A stretch of DNA of 64,000 nt from Novosphingobium sp. (GCF_049240505.1 NZ_JBMLSM010000005.1:7015-71014), one strand, 5' to 3'; shown: positions 1 to 10,052, numbered from the stretch's first letter. The notes: generated by a model from the letters alone, not told the origin. Translations and numbers: made by a program.

Positions 1-1
1 C

Positions 2-1030
2 GGCTATCTGACCGACAATTTCGATTGGCGCTGGGTATTCTACGTGAATCTTCCGGTCGGAATACTGTGCTTCCTGCTGCTGCTGCTCTACCTGCCGAAA
101 ACGCCCACGCGCGAACGCCGCGTCGATTTTCGGGGATGGTTGCTGGTCGCTATTGCCGTTTCATCGGTCCAGCTCATCCTCGATCGCGGGCTTACGCTCG
201 ATTGGTTCGCCTCGGCAGAGATCGTGACATATGCGGTTCTGGCCTTCGGGGCTGGTTGGCTGGCCATATTCCACCTGTCCGGCACGGCGCAGCCGCTGTT
301 TCCCACCGCGCTGTTCCGGGATCGCAATTTCACGGTGGGCCTCGCGTTCATGTTCCTGATCGGCCTGGTGATGATGTCGGTCATGGCACTTCTGCCGGGC
401 CTGCTGCAGCAGATCTATGGTTACACGCCGTTTCAGGCAGGAATGCTGCTGGCACCGCGCGGGATCGGCATGTTGGCATCGATCACCCTGTTCGGACGCT
501 TCATGGCCAAGGTCGATGCGCGGCTTTTGCTGGCAGTTGGCTTGCTGATGATGGGCGGATCGATGTGGATGATGACCGGGTGGTCAATAGAAATGCCGCG
601 CGGGCCGATCATCGCGGCGGGGCTGCTGCAGGGACTTGGCCTCAGCTTCACCTTCATGCCGATGAACCTGATTTCGTTCGCCACGCTTTCACCCCAGTAT
701 CGCACGGATGCTTCGAGTCTGGGCAACCTGATGCGCAACATCGGATCCTCGATCGGCATTTCTGCTGCATCGGTGGAACTGGCGCGCAACGTGCAGATCA
801 ACCACGCGGAACTGGGCGCGCATGTCACGCAGTCCGCCGTGCCGTTCAATCTCGATCAGCTGGGCGCCTATGGCACTGCGGGCGAAGCCGCGTTGCGCAT
901 TGCGGATGGCATGGTGAACCAGCAGGCGGCCATGATCGCCTATATCAACGATTTCTACGCGATGGCGCTGGCCTGTCTTGTTGCCGTCCCGTTGTTGTTC
1001 TTCGTTCGCATCGCAAAGACGCAGCGCTGA
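2..1030 (+). CDS. MFS drug-efflux transporter, DHA2 (EmrB/QacA) family, C-terminal part; 5' end lies outside the window
   Basis: The frame is open from nt 2 and reads GYLTDNFDWRWVFYVNLPVG, typical of EmrB-type transporters. A series of hydrophobic TM segments follows. Stop at 1028-1030. Confidence 0.8.
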   Translation, partial: GYLTDNFDWRWVFYVNLPVGILCFLLLLLYLPKTPTRERRVDFRGWLLVAIAVSSVQLILDRGLTLDWFASAEIVTYAVLAFGAGWLAIFHLSGTAQPLFPTALFRDRNFTVGLAFMFLIGLVMMSVMALLPGLLQQIYGYTPFQAGMLLAPRGIGMLASITLFGRFMAKVDARLLLAVGLLMMGGSMWMMTGWSIEMPRGPIIAAGLLQGLGLSFTFMPMNLISFATLSPQYRTDASSLGNLMRNIGSSIGISAASVELARNVQINHAELGAHVTQSAVPFNLDQLGAYGTAGEAALRIADGMVNQQAAMIAYINDFYAMALACLVAVPLLFFVRIAKTQR

Positions 1031-1089
1031 TCAGAAACGATTGCGTTCGCGAAATGCGAAAGTAAAACTCGCGCACGTTTGGTGCGAGG

Positions 1090-4074
1090 GTGAAGATGAC
1101 GGCGAATCTGGTGCTTGGTGAAAAGTTTACCGTCGAATCCACCCCAACGACGACGCGCGGCTCGCCCAGCGTAACGCAGTTGGCTGATGGCAATATTGTG
1201 ATGGTGTTCCCCAGCGTCACCACGGCGGACGACGATCTCAATTCGGTCACCGCGCAGATTTTTACCGCAGGCGGGATCAAGATCGGTGCGGAAATCCAGC
1301 TGAACACCACCGAGGCGGGTGTTGAAGATCGCCCGCTTATCAGTGCGCTGCCCGGCGGCGGCTTCATCGCAGCATGGACCAGCAGCGATCTTTCTGGCGA
1401 AAGCACGGACGTTTTCGTGCGCGGGCAGGCGTTCGATGCTGCCGGAAACAAGGTGGGCGCAGAGCTTTCCTATCTCACCACCACGATCTTTACCGAATTC
1501 AGCCGCGATATCGCATTTCTGGCTGACGGCAAGCTGGTCGTATCATGGCTCGATACCGCTGCGAAAAAGATGCGCGCGCAGGTTTTCGATACCGATGGTG
1601 CGGCGGTCGGCTCTACTTTCGTCATTGCCTCGGCCCTTCCGTTAAGCGCGCAGGCCGAAATCGTGACCCGCGCCGATGGCAGCTTCGGCGTAATCACGAA
1701 CCATGCCGATGGTCTGACCTATCTGCGCAATTGCAGCGCCGCCGGTGTGGCCCTTGGCGGGCACATCAGCCTTGGTGGTAACTATTCGGGCTGGGATTTC
1801 GAAGCGCTGCCCGGTGGTGGTATGGTGGCCGTGGGCGTGGTGGCGCTGAACGGGCGGCAGGACATCTATCTTCAGCGCTTTGCCAGCAATGGCGCGGCTG
1901 TGGGCGGGCAGGTTCTGGTCAACGATCTGGACAATACCTACAACGAACTGCCCGATCTTGCGGTTTCCGCTGATGGTTCGTTCACCGTGGCGTGGCGGCG
2001 CCCGTCCTTCTACGTCAACGGGCAAGGCTTCATCGTCAGCGAAGGTTATGGCGTTACCGTCCAGACTTTCGACGCGAGCGGGGCAAAAGTGGGCGGCCAG
2101 TCATGGCTGGATCGCACTGGCGCGCAGCCCTATTTCGGCGTCGATATTGAAGCGCTGGCGGGCGGCGGCTTTTTCGCCGGGTGGTACGATCCGCGCTTCA
2201 ATGCGCAGGACACAGACGTTACCGGCATCAGGGCGCGCATCTTTGGCCCCAACCATGCACCGGAAATCACATCGGGCGATGGCGTAACAGCAACTTATAC
2301 CGTGTTTGAAAACACCACTGCGGTCACCACTGCCACGGCCAGCGACGGTGATGTGAACGCCAAGCTGGTCTGGTCGATCAGCGGCGGCGCGGATGCCGGG
2401 TACTTCACGATCAATGCGCAGACGGGCGCGCTGGCGTTCCGGTTTGCTCCCGATTTCGAGGGCACCGCGTTCCACGCCAACACTTATGCCGTGCAGATCA
2501 CCGTTTCCGATGGCCATGACACCGATGTGCAAGACGTGACGGTGAACGTGGCTGATGTGCGAGACGCGATGGTGTGGACCGGCACCTCTGGCGCCGACAC
2601 CATCATCGGTTCGGACTTCGCTGACAGCTTCAGCGGACTTGGCGGAAGCGATCATATCACCGCGCTGGGTGGTGACGACGTGATCGATGGCGGAACCGGT
2701 GCCGATACCATGATCGGTGGCACCGGGAATGACCGCTATATCGTGGATAATGCGGGCGATGTGGTGATCGAGGATCAGGATGCCGGGATCGATGAGGTCG
2801 TCTCCAGCGTCAGCCACACCCTTTCCGCCAATGTCGAAAGGTTGACACTTTCAGGATCGGCGGCGCTTTCCGCCACGGGCAACGCGCTGAGCAACCTGAT
2901 GGTCGGCAATCGCGGCGCGAACACGATGTTCGGGCTGGATGGCAACGATGTGATCAACGGCGGCGCGGGCAATGACGTAATTGATGGCGGCCTCGGTGCC
3001 GATACCTTGGGCGGAGACACCGGGAACGACACGCTTACCGGCGGTGACGGTGACGATACCCTGCTAGGCCACGCCAACGATGACCGGCTGTTTGGCGGTG
3101 CGGGCAACGATATGCTCGATGGCGGCACTGGCATTGATGCAATGGTTGGTGGCGCAGGCAACGATTGGTACTGGATCGATAACACTGCCGACACTGTAAC
3201 CGAGCAGGCCGACGAAGGGTTTGATATCGTACTGTCAAAGATCAGCACAACCCTTGCTGATAACGTGGAATATCTTCAGTTGCAGGGCACCACCGGCCTT
3301 GCGGGCACGGGCAATGCCATTGCTAACACCATTACCGGAAACGATGGTGCAAATGTGCTTTCGGGCCTCGGCGGGAACGATCACCTGCTTGGCTATTATG
3401 GCAACGACACGCTGGATGGCGGAATCGGCGACGACATGCTCGATGGCGGGTTTGGCGATGATCTCTTTGTGGTGGATGCCGTTGGCGACGTTTTGATTGA
3501 ACTGGAAGGCCAGGGCACAGATACCGTCCGCACGTCTGTCAGCCTTGGTGTGCTGGCGGCAAATGTCGAAAATGTCGTGCTGACGGGCATGGCCAACCTT
3601 TCAGGGACCGGCAACGACCTTGCCAATGTGCTGACCGGGAATGACGGCGCGAACGCGCTGTTCGGTCTTGAGGGCAAGGATACGTTGATCGGCGGCGCGG
3701 GGAATGATCGCCTTTCCGGTGGTGCGCAGGGCGATAGGCTGACCGGCGGAATCGGCGCGGATTCGTTCGTGTTCGATGTGCTTGGCCCCAGCGCGGACCG
3801 GGATACCATAACCGATTTTGCCAGCGGAACCGACCGTATCGAATTTGACCGATCGGTGTTCACCGCGTTTGCCGGGGATGCTGCCGGGCAGATTGCGGCA
3901 AGCGCATTTCATGTCGGCACGGCTGCGGCCACGGTGGATCACCACCTGATCTACAATCCGGCCACCGGTGCGCTGCTTTATGATGCCGATGGCAAGGGCG
4001 GTGCGGCACAGATCCACATCGCCATACTCACCGGACTGCCCGCCGTGAGCGCTGGCGATATCTGGCTGATTTAA
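1090..4074 (+). CDS. Large secreted RTX-type calcium-binding protein with N-terminal degenerate ~55-aa repeats and a cadherin-like module (probable T1SS substrate/adhesin)
   Basis: 994-aa ORF. The N-terminal ~400 aa carry recurring LADG..VV.W / ALPGGGF motifs. A cadherin-like block runs APEITSGDG...VTVNVADV. Many GGxGxD nonapeptide repeats follow (GGAGNDVIDGGLGADTLGG etc.). The C-terminal tail DRIEFD...LIYNPATGALLYDADG is typical of RTX proteins. Confidence 0.85.
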   Translation: MKMTANLVLGEKFTVESTPTTTRGSPSVTQLADGNIVMVFPSVTTADDDLNSVTAQIFTAGGIKIGAEIQLNTTEAGVEDRPLISALPGGGFIAAWTSSDLSGESTDVFVRGQAFDAAGNKVGAELSYLTTTIFTEFSRDIAFLADGKLVVSWLDTAAKKMRAQVFDTDGAAVGSTFVIASALPLSAQAEIVTRADGSFGVITNHADGLTYLRNCSAAGVALGGHISLGGNYSGWDFEALPGGGMVAVGVVALNGRQDIYLQRFASNGAAVGGQVLVNDLDNTYNELPDLAVSADGSFTVAWRRPSFYVNGQGFIVSEGYGVTVQTFDASGAKVGGQSWLDRTGAQPYFGVDIEALAGGGFFAGWYDPRFNAQDTDVTGIRARIFGPNHAPEITSGDGVTATYTVFENTTAVTTATASDGDVNAKLVWSISGGADAGYFTINAQTGALAFRFAPDFEGTAFHANTYAVQITVSDGHDTDVQDVTVNVADVRDAMVWTGTSGADTIIGSDFADSFSGLGGSDHITALGGDDVIDGGTGADTMIGGTGNDRYIVDNAGDVVIEDQDAGIDEVVSSVSHTLSANVERLTLSGSAALSATGNALSNLMVGNRGANTMFGLDGNDVINGGAGNDVIDGGLGADTLGGDTGNDTLTGGDGDDTLLGHANDDRLFGGAGNDMLDGGTGIDAMVGGAGNDWYWIDNTADTVTEQADEGFDIVLSKISTTLADNVEYLQLQGTTGLAGTGNAIANTITGNDGANVLSGLGGNDHLLGYYGNDTLDGGIGDDMLDGGFGDDLFVVDAVGDVLIELEGQGTDTVRTSVSLGVLAANVENVVLTGMANLSGTGNDLANVLTGNDGANALFGLEGKDTLIGGAGNDRLSGGAQGDRLTGGIGADSFVFDVLGPSADRDTITDFASGTDRIEFDRSVFTAFAGDAAGQIAASAFHVGTAAATVDHHLIYNPATGALLYDADGKGGAAQIHIAILTGLPAVSAGDIWLI

Positions 4075-4099
4075 GCCCACATATTCAAGCCAAAAAAAT

Positions 4100-4127
4100 G
4101 GGGGCCGGCTTGCGCTGGCCCCCTTTG
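4100..4127. terminator. Bidirectional intrinsic-terminator hairpin between the RTX gene and folD
   Basis: GGGGGCC-GGCTTGCGCT-GGCCCCC stem-loop. It is flanked by an A-run (4092-4098) on one side and TTTG on the other. This gives a U-tract on the minus strand (folD side) and a short one on the plus strand. Confidence 0.6.
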
Positions 4128-4218
4128 AAAGTTTGGGAGAGGATGCCTGAAAGGCAGGTTCCTTATCCATTGTGACACCGGTTTCCGCAAGTGCGAACCA
4201 CGCTATCTCAATTGCATT

Positions 4219-5082
4219 TCATGCAACCATCGATCGCTTCGCCGCCGTCACGGTGTTGCTGAGCAGGCAGGCGATGGTCATCGGGCCTACCCCGCCCGGA
4301 ACAGGCGTTACCGCTTTGGCGTGGTCAAGTTCGTGCGTGGCGCAATCGCCAACGATCTTCGTGTTGCCATCGTGATCGACCACGCGGGTAATGCCCACGT
4401 CGATCACCACGGCCCCCGGCTTCACCCAGTATCCGCGCACCAGATGTGGCGCGCCAGCAGCGGCCACGATCACGTCGGCCTTGCGCGCCACATCGGGCAG
4501 GTCGCGCGTTTCGATGTGGGTGACGGTGACGGTCGCCTCACGTTCCAGCAGCAGCATCGAAACCGGCTTGCCCACGATGTTCGATTTGCCGATCACCACC
4601 ACGTTCAGTCCGCGATAGTCGTCGATGACGCTATCGAGCAGCAACATCACGCCCAATGGCGTGCAAGGCACCAGCCCGCCCGTCCCGGTAGAAAGCCGCC
4701 CGACATTCACCGGGTGGAACCCGTCCACATCCTTGCCCGGATTGATCCGGTCCAGCACAAACGCGGCGTCGATATGTTTGGGCAGCGGCAACTGCACCAG
4801 AATGCCATGCACGCCCGCATCAGCGTTCAGCGTATCGATCAGCGCCAGCACCTGTTCCTGCGGCGTCTCGGCGGGCAGGCGATGTTCGATAGACTGGATG
4901 CCCGCCTTGCGGCACTGCGCGATCTTGCGCCCGACATAGACTTCGCTGGCCGGATCGTTGCCGACCAGAATCACTGCCAACCCCGGCGCAGGCGCGCCTG
5001 CGGCCACCATCTCCGCCACATCCGCAGCGGTGCTGACCAGCACTTGCGCGGCCAGCGCCTTGCCATCGATAATCTGGGCCAT
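4219..5082 (-). CDS. folD: Bifunctional methylenetetrahydrofolate dehydrogenase / methenyltetrahydrofolate cyclohydrolase
   Basis: 287 aa. Starts MAQIIDGKALA and contains PASEVYVGRKIAQC, LPLPKHID and VIGKSNIVGKPV, matching FolD throughout. Confidence 0.93.
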   Translation of the reverse strand: MAQIIDGKALAAQVLVSTAADVAEMVAAGAPAPGLAVILVGNDPASEVYVGRKIAQCRKAGIQSIEHRLPAETPQEQVLALIDTLNADAGVHGILVQLPLPKHIDAAFVLDRINPGKDVDGFHPVNVGRLSTGTGGLVPCTPLGVMLLLDSVIDDYRGLNVVVIGKSNIVGKPVSMLLLEREATVTVTHIETRDLPDVARKADVIVAAAGAPHLVRGYWVKPGAVVIDVGITRVVDHDGNTKIVGDCATHELDHAKAVTPVPGGVGPMTIACLLSNTVTAAKRSMVA

Positions 5083-5137
5083 TGTTTTTACCTCACCCTC
5101 TCAACCGGTGATATTGTATGTGTTGCATACAAATTTA

Positions 5138-6667
5138 TCAATCGGTCTTTTCGGCAGCCTTTTCGAGAGACACCGCTTCGGGCACAACATCGGCCAGAAC
5201 GTGGGCCAGCGCCCGTTCGTTCAGGTCGCGCGCCTTGGCTTCGCTTTCCGCCTCGGTATAGCAGCGCAGTTCGGGCGCGTTGCCCGATGGGCGGAAGTGA
5301 ATCACGGCGCCATCGGCAAAGCTCATGCGATAGCCATCGGTCTTGTCGATAGCGGTCGGAAAGCCCGCGATTTCACCAAACAGACGCGCGATCCGCGCCA
5401 GTTGCTCGTCCTCGGCGCCGGATGAAAGCAGCGCGATCAGCGCCGCGCTGTGCGCCTGCGGAAAGTCCGCCACGCGATCGCTGAACGTGTAGCGCGGCGG
5501 CAGTTCCGCCACCACATCGGCAATCGGCTTGTCCTTTGCCGCCTGCACCACCGCCACGATCGGCAGCAGGGCATCGCGTGTCGGCAGCGCCGCCAGCGCG
5601 CCCACGGCAGAGCCGAGAAGGAACCCGCCGTTCGCTTCATACCCGCAGACGCAAGCCGCCGGATCGGCCTCAGCCGCCTCCATCATCGCCGCGATCACAT
5701 AGGGCGATCCGATGCGCGTGCGCACCACTTTGGGCACAGCCCCGCTCACCTCCAGCACGGTGTTGGAACTGACCGGCGTCACCGCCACGTCCGCACCCAC
5801 GGCCCGTGCGCAGAGCAAACCCACCACGTCTCCGCGCAGCCAGACGCCCTGTGCATCCGCCACCAGCGGACGATCGGAATCACCATCGGTGGAAATGATC
5901 GCATCGACCTTGTTTGCGGCTGCCCATTCCGCTGCCAATGCGATGTCCTCACCACGGATCGCTTCCGTGTCGACCGGCACGAACACCGTCTCGCGCCCGA
6001 AAGGTACAGCGGTGCCACCCAGCGCCGCCACCGCACGCGCCAGCACATCGCGCCCAACGGCAGTGTGCTGATAGATGCCCACCGTCAGTCCTTCCAGCGC
6101 ATCGGCCCCGAAATGCTCGACATAGCGGTGGATATAGGCCGGCACCACGTCGGTCACTTCCGGCAGGTCCACCGGCGCGAGCAAGCTGCCGTCATTGCCG
6201 AACCGTGCCGGATCGACCGTGACGCGCTGCGATACGATGCCCGCCTCGTCCGATTTCAAAACTTCACCGTGCGGGCGATAGAACTTGATGCCGTTGCGGT
6301 CTGCCGGAATGTGGCTGCCGGTGACCATGATCGATGGCATTGCATTTCCCATCGCGTGCAGGGCCAGCGCGGGCGTCGGCACTTTGCCGCAATAGACCAC
6401 CTCGCCCCCGCAATCGCGAACAGCCGTTGCGCAGGCGGAGATGATCCGGGGCGTGCTTTCGCGCAAGTCTCCGGCAATCGCCACGCTGTCTCCGTCGGAA
6501 AATTCTCCGATCTGGCGCAGATACTGCAAAAACGCCGTGGCATAGGCGTGGCACAGCTTGTCAGTCATGGCGTCGGCCAATCCGCGCACGCCGCTGGTGC
6601 CGAATGGCACCCCGCTTTGCACCATCAATTCCGCTACGGTCGATCCGCTAATATCGTTCATCGTCAA
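5138..6667 (-). CDS. Phosphomannomutase/phosphoglucomutase-family enzyme (alpha-D-phosphohexomutase superfamily)
   Basis: 509 aa. It has the GTSGVRG N-terminal motif, the TGSHIPADRNG phosphoserine loop, and the DGDSDR metal-binding loop. Confidence 0.85.
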   Translation of the reverse strand: MTMNDISGSTVAELMVQSGVPFGTSGVRGLADAMTDKLCHAYATAFLQYLRQIGEFSDGDSVAIAGDLRESTPRIISACATAVRDCGGEVVYCGKVPTPALALHAMGNAMPSIMVTGSHIPADRNGIKFYRPHGEVLKSDEAGIVSQRVTVDPARFGNDGSLLAPVDLPEVTDVVPAYIHRYVEHFGADALEGLTVGIYQHTAVGRDVLARAVAALGGTAVPFGRETVFVPVDTEAIRGEDIALAAEWAAANKVDAIISTDGDSDRPLVADAQGVWLRGDVVGLLCARAVGADVAVTPVSSNTVLEVSGAVPKVVRTRIGSPYVIAAMMEAAEADPAACVCGYEANGGFLLGSAVGALAALPTRDALLPIVAVVQAAKDKPIADVVAELPPRYTFSDRVADFPQAHSAALIALLSSGAEDEQLARIARLFGEIAGFPTAIDKTDGYRMSFADGAVIHFRPSGNAPELRCYTEAESEAKARDLNERALAHVLADVVPEAVSLEKAAEKTD

Positions 6668-7044
6668 TCACTTCCTATCAATCTCGTCAGACCGCCCCGA
6701 ACCTTTCCGACCGCGCGTTCAAGAACGCGGCGACTGGCGCAATGGTCCCGCCATCGGATTGATTTTGCCATTTGCCTCCCTCGGAGGATGGGTGTGTGTT
6801 TGCAAAGGTCAAAATCGTGAAATCCGCCAGGATCAAATATTTTTAGCCGCCCAAAAAGATTCCGACATTCGACCACGAAGGCACGTCATCTGTATTATAG
6901 CATCCCCATCGCACGTATTTGCGACACCGCTTGCCTGCGCCATTCCCTGCATTCCAGCAAAAAAAGTTCACGGACGGTTTCAACAAAGTAACCGAACGCA
7001 CTCCATTTATGCTGCATCTGCGAAAAAGGGAATTGCGATAACCG

Positions 7045-8751
7045 ATGGCCTCTCCGAATGCCCACGCCGTTTCTGGCGCGACGCATGACAATCCCCCGCG
7101 TTTCCGCGATTTCGTGCGATGGGCGCGGCAGGTGCTTGGCCCCGATGCAGGCTTCGTGCGGCTTGCGCTGCTCTATGGCGTGGCGATATCGCTGCTATCG
7201 CTGGCCACGCCCATTTCGGTGCAATTGCTGATCAATTCGGTGGCCAATACCGCCCTGCCCGCACCTTTGCTCACTCTGGCGGCCATCCTGCTGGCACTGC
7301 TGCTGCTGGCAGGCCTGCTCAGCGCGTTCCGCGTCCATCTGCTCGCCGCGTTCGAGCGGCGCTTTTTCGCGCGTCTTGTCGGTGAAATCACCCTGCGGGC
7401 GGTCCATGCGCAGAACCCTTTCTTCGTGGATTCGCGGCGCGGCGATCTGTTCAACCGCTTTTTCGACATGGGGCTGGTGCAGAAATCGCTGACCAGCCTG
7501 CTGATTGCCGGTTTCACCATCGTTCTGCAAAGCATCGTCGGCCTGATGGTGACCAGCTTCTATCACCCGTTCTTCCTGGCCTTCAATCTGGTGCTGGTGC
7601 TGACGGTGCTGGTGATCTGGCGCATCTGGGCCAATGCCTCCATTGCCAGCGCCGTGGCCAAGAGCCATGCCAAGCACGCTACCGCTCACTGGCTGGGCAC
7701 GGTCGGCAATTCCAACGGCATCTACAAATCCAGTCGGCATATGACTTATGCCATCGAACGATCGGATGAAGTGACCGCAGGCTATGTCGCCGCGCATCGC
7801 CGCCACTTCCGCTCTACCTTCAGCCAGACTATCGCGCTGCTGCTGCTCTATGCCTTTGCCAGCGCAGGACTTCTGGCGATGGGTGGCTGGCTGATTCTGC
7901 AGGGCGAATTGTCGATTGGCCAGCTTGTTGCCGCCGAACTGATCCTGTCGAGCGTGTTCTACGGCATCGCACAGCTCGGCACTTATCTTGAAGTGTTCTA
8001 CGATCTGTCCGCCAGCCTTGAAGAGCTGCACCTGTTCTGGGAAATTCCGCAGGAATCGCCGGTCGATGCCGATGCGCCTTCCCTGCCCGATGGCGCTATC
8101 CGCCTGCGCGATGTGCGCCACGCCGGGCATCACTTCGATTTTTTGGTGCCCGCGGGCGCACAAGTGGGCGTGCTGGCCGCGCCGGGGGTGGAACGCGGTC
8201 TTGTCACCCTGCTCAAGCGACTGGACCTGCCGCAAAGCGGTTTCGTTTCGGTCGGCGGGGCGGATCTCGGCACGTTCGACATGTACCGCCTGCGCTCCGA
8301 TGTGATCGTGCTGGACCGCCCCACTATCGTCGAGATGACCGTGCGCGAATACCTCGGCCTCAGCGCGCCGGGCCGCCCGGAAACGATGATCGAAGCGCTC
8401 GAACTCGTCGGTCTGGATCGCCGCGTCGGCGCGCTCGAAGGCGGGCTGGATGCGATGCTATCCGGCTCGGGCTGGCCACTCTCGGTGGGTGAGACGATGG
8501 CGCTGAAACTCGCAGGTGCGGTGCTGGCCCGGCCGCGCGTGCTGATGCTGTCCCCGCTTTACGACATGATCCCCCCTGCGCGGCTGACGCGCGTTCTGGC
8601 GGCATTGCGCGAACATGGCACCACCGTGCTGCAATTTACCGAGCGGCCCGAAGGCTTGCACCGCGATTCGTGGCTGTGGATCGGCACGGACGCGCAGCAC
8701 CAATCGACGGACCTGTCCGAAATTCTGCCCTTTGCCAAAGGGGAGCGTTGA
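7045..8751 (+). CDS. PrtD/HasD-like type I secretion ABC exporter homolog with degenerate (apparently non-catalytic) nucleotide-binding domain
   Basis: 568 aa. The N-terminal six-TM exporter domain is followed by an NBD-like fold (scaffold ..PQSGFVSVGGADLG.. conserved). The Walker A position reads GVLAAPGVERGLVT, the signature LSVGE, Walker B RVLMLSPL, and the H-loop TER. Confidence 0.75.
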   Translation: MASPNAHAVSGATHDNPPRFRDFVRWARQVLGPDAGFVRLALLYGVAISLLSLATPISVQLLINSVANTALPAPLLTLAAILLALLLLAGLLSAFRVHLLAAFERRFFARLVGEITLRAVHAQNPFFVDSRRGDLFNRFFDMGLVQKSLTSLLIAGFTIVLQSIVGLMVTSFYHPFFLAFNLVLVLTVLVIWRIWANASIASAVAKSHAKHATAHWLGTVGNSNGIYKSSRHMTYAIERSDEVTAGYVAAHRRHFRSTFSQTIALLLLYAFASAGLLAMGGWLILQGELSIGQLVAAELILSSVFYGIAQLGTYLEVFYDLSASLEELHLFWEIPQESPVDADAPSLPDGAIRLRDVRHAGHHFDFLVPAGAQVGVLAAPGVERGLVTLLKRLDLPQSGFVSVGGADLGTFDMYRLRSDVIVLDRPTIVEMTVREYLGLSAPGRPETMIEALELVGLDRRVGALEGGLDAMLSGSGWPLSVGETMALKLAGAVLARPRVLMLSPLYDMIPPARLTRVLAALREHGTTVLQFTERPEGLHRDSWLWIGTDAQHQSTDLSEILPFAKGER

Positions 8752-8753
8752 TC

Positions 8754-9911
8754 ATGGCAATCGGAAATACGCCATCGGGCACGCGCGCCGGTCATCACGA
8801 TCTGGGTGCGTTTCGCACCTTTTCCAGCCTGAAAGTACCCCGCACCACGCGCGTGCTGGGGCGGATGATCGCGATTACCATTCCGCTGCTGCTTGTGCTA
8901 CTGTTCCTTGTCAAATGGGTGCAAACCGCGCCGGGCCGGGGTGAGGTTATCGCGCTCAATCCCGAAGATCGCGTGCAGCAGGTGACGGCGCTTGTGCCGG
9001 GCCGCGTGGAAAAATGGTTCGTGGTCGATGGGCAGCAGGTGAAGAAGGGTGATCCCATTGCCCGCATCATCGACAACGATCCCGATCTGCTCGTGCGCCT
9101 TGGCGCTGAACGCGAACAGGTGATTGCGCAGATTGCCGCCGCAGAACAGGCGATGGCCACCGCCCGGCTCGACGTTAACCGCTATTCGCAGCTCTATGCC
9201 GAAGGTCTGGCCGCGCGCCGCGATTTCGAAGGCGCGCAGATCAAGGTCGCCGAACTCAACGCCAAGCTGGCTGAAACCCGCGCAAAGCTTAGCAAGGTCG
9301 ACATCGCGCTGGGCCGCCAGTCGGCGCAGCTGGTGCGCGCACCGCACGATGGCCGCATCCAGTCGCTCAACACTGCCGCCGGGGCTACGTTGGTCAGCGC
9401 GGGCGACATGCTGGCAACGCTGGCCCCGGACAATGCGCAGCGCGTGGTCGAGCTGCTGGTCGATGGCCGCGACGTGGCGCTGGTGCGGAAAGGACAGCCG
9501 GTGCGCCTGCACCTCGAAGGCTGGCCCGCCATCCAGTTCAGCGGTTGGCCTTCGGTGGCGCAGGGCATGTTCGATGGCCGCGTGCTGACCATCGATCCTT
9601 CGGCGCAGACCAGCGGGTTGTTCCGCGTGCTGGTCGAACCCATGCCGGGGAAGCCGGGCTGGCCGGACGAAAACTACATACGTCTCGGCTCGAAAGTTCG
9701 GGGTTGGGTCCAGATGGAAACCGTTACCATCGGCTATGAATTGTGGCGTCAGCTCAACGATTTCCCGCTGGAGTTTCCGACACCCGTTGATCCTGGCCCC
9801 TACAAGGGCACGGCGGCCAAGGCCCTGTCCGACAAGGCTGGCGCGAAGGCAAAGGGCGGCAAGTCGGGCAGCTATGACAGTGAATATAGCGGGAGCGAGG
9901 ACGGCAAATGA
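8754..9911 (+). CDS. HlyD-family membrane fusion (periplasmic adaptor) protein
   Basis: ATG lies 2 nt after the ABC stop. The product has one N-terminal TM segment (IAITIPLLLVLLFLV), a lipoyl-like motif (VEKWFVVDGQQVKKGDPIARI), a coiled-coil stretch and a beta-barrel part (VRAPHDGRI). The track ORF start at 8670 would overlap the ABC gene and is not used. Confidence 0.85.
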   Translation: MAIGNTPSGTRAGHHDLGAFRTFSSLKVPRTTRVLGRMIAITIPLLLVLLFLVKWVQTAPGRGEVIALNPEDRVQQVTALVPGRVEKWFVVDGQQVKKGDPIARIIDNDPDLLVRLGAEREQVIAQIAAAEQAMATARLDVNRYSQLYAEGLAARRDFEGAQIKVAELNAKLAETRAKLSKVDIALGRQSAQLVRAPHDGRIQSLNTAAGATLVSAGDMLATLAPDNAQRVVELLVDGRDVALVRKGQPVRLHLEGWPAIQFSGWPSVAQGMFDGRVLTIDPSAQTSGLFRVLVEPMPGKPGWPDENYIRLGSKVRGWVQMETVTIGYELWRQLNDFPLEFPTPVDPGPYKGTAAKALSDKAGAKAKGGKSGSYDSEYSGSEDGK

Positions 9912-9955
9912 TCCGCTCTTTGACGAAGGCCCTGGCGGCCTTTGAAAATACCCCT

Positions 9956-10052
9956 CGTCATTGCGAGGAGGCAAAGCCGACGAAGCAATCCAGAGCCATC
10001 GTGCAACCCGCTCTGGATTGCTTCCCCTCGCTGCGCAAGGCTCGCAATGACG
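9956..10052 (+). repeat. 97-bp palindromic REP/MITE-like element, copy 1
   Basis: Terminal inverted repeats are CGTCATTGCGAG...CTCGCAATGACG. Inner 14-bp arms are GAAGCAATCCAGAG/CTCTGGATTGCTTC. It is near-identical in its arms to the reverse complement of 38181-38275. Confidence 0.85.
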
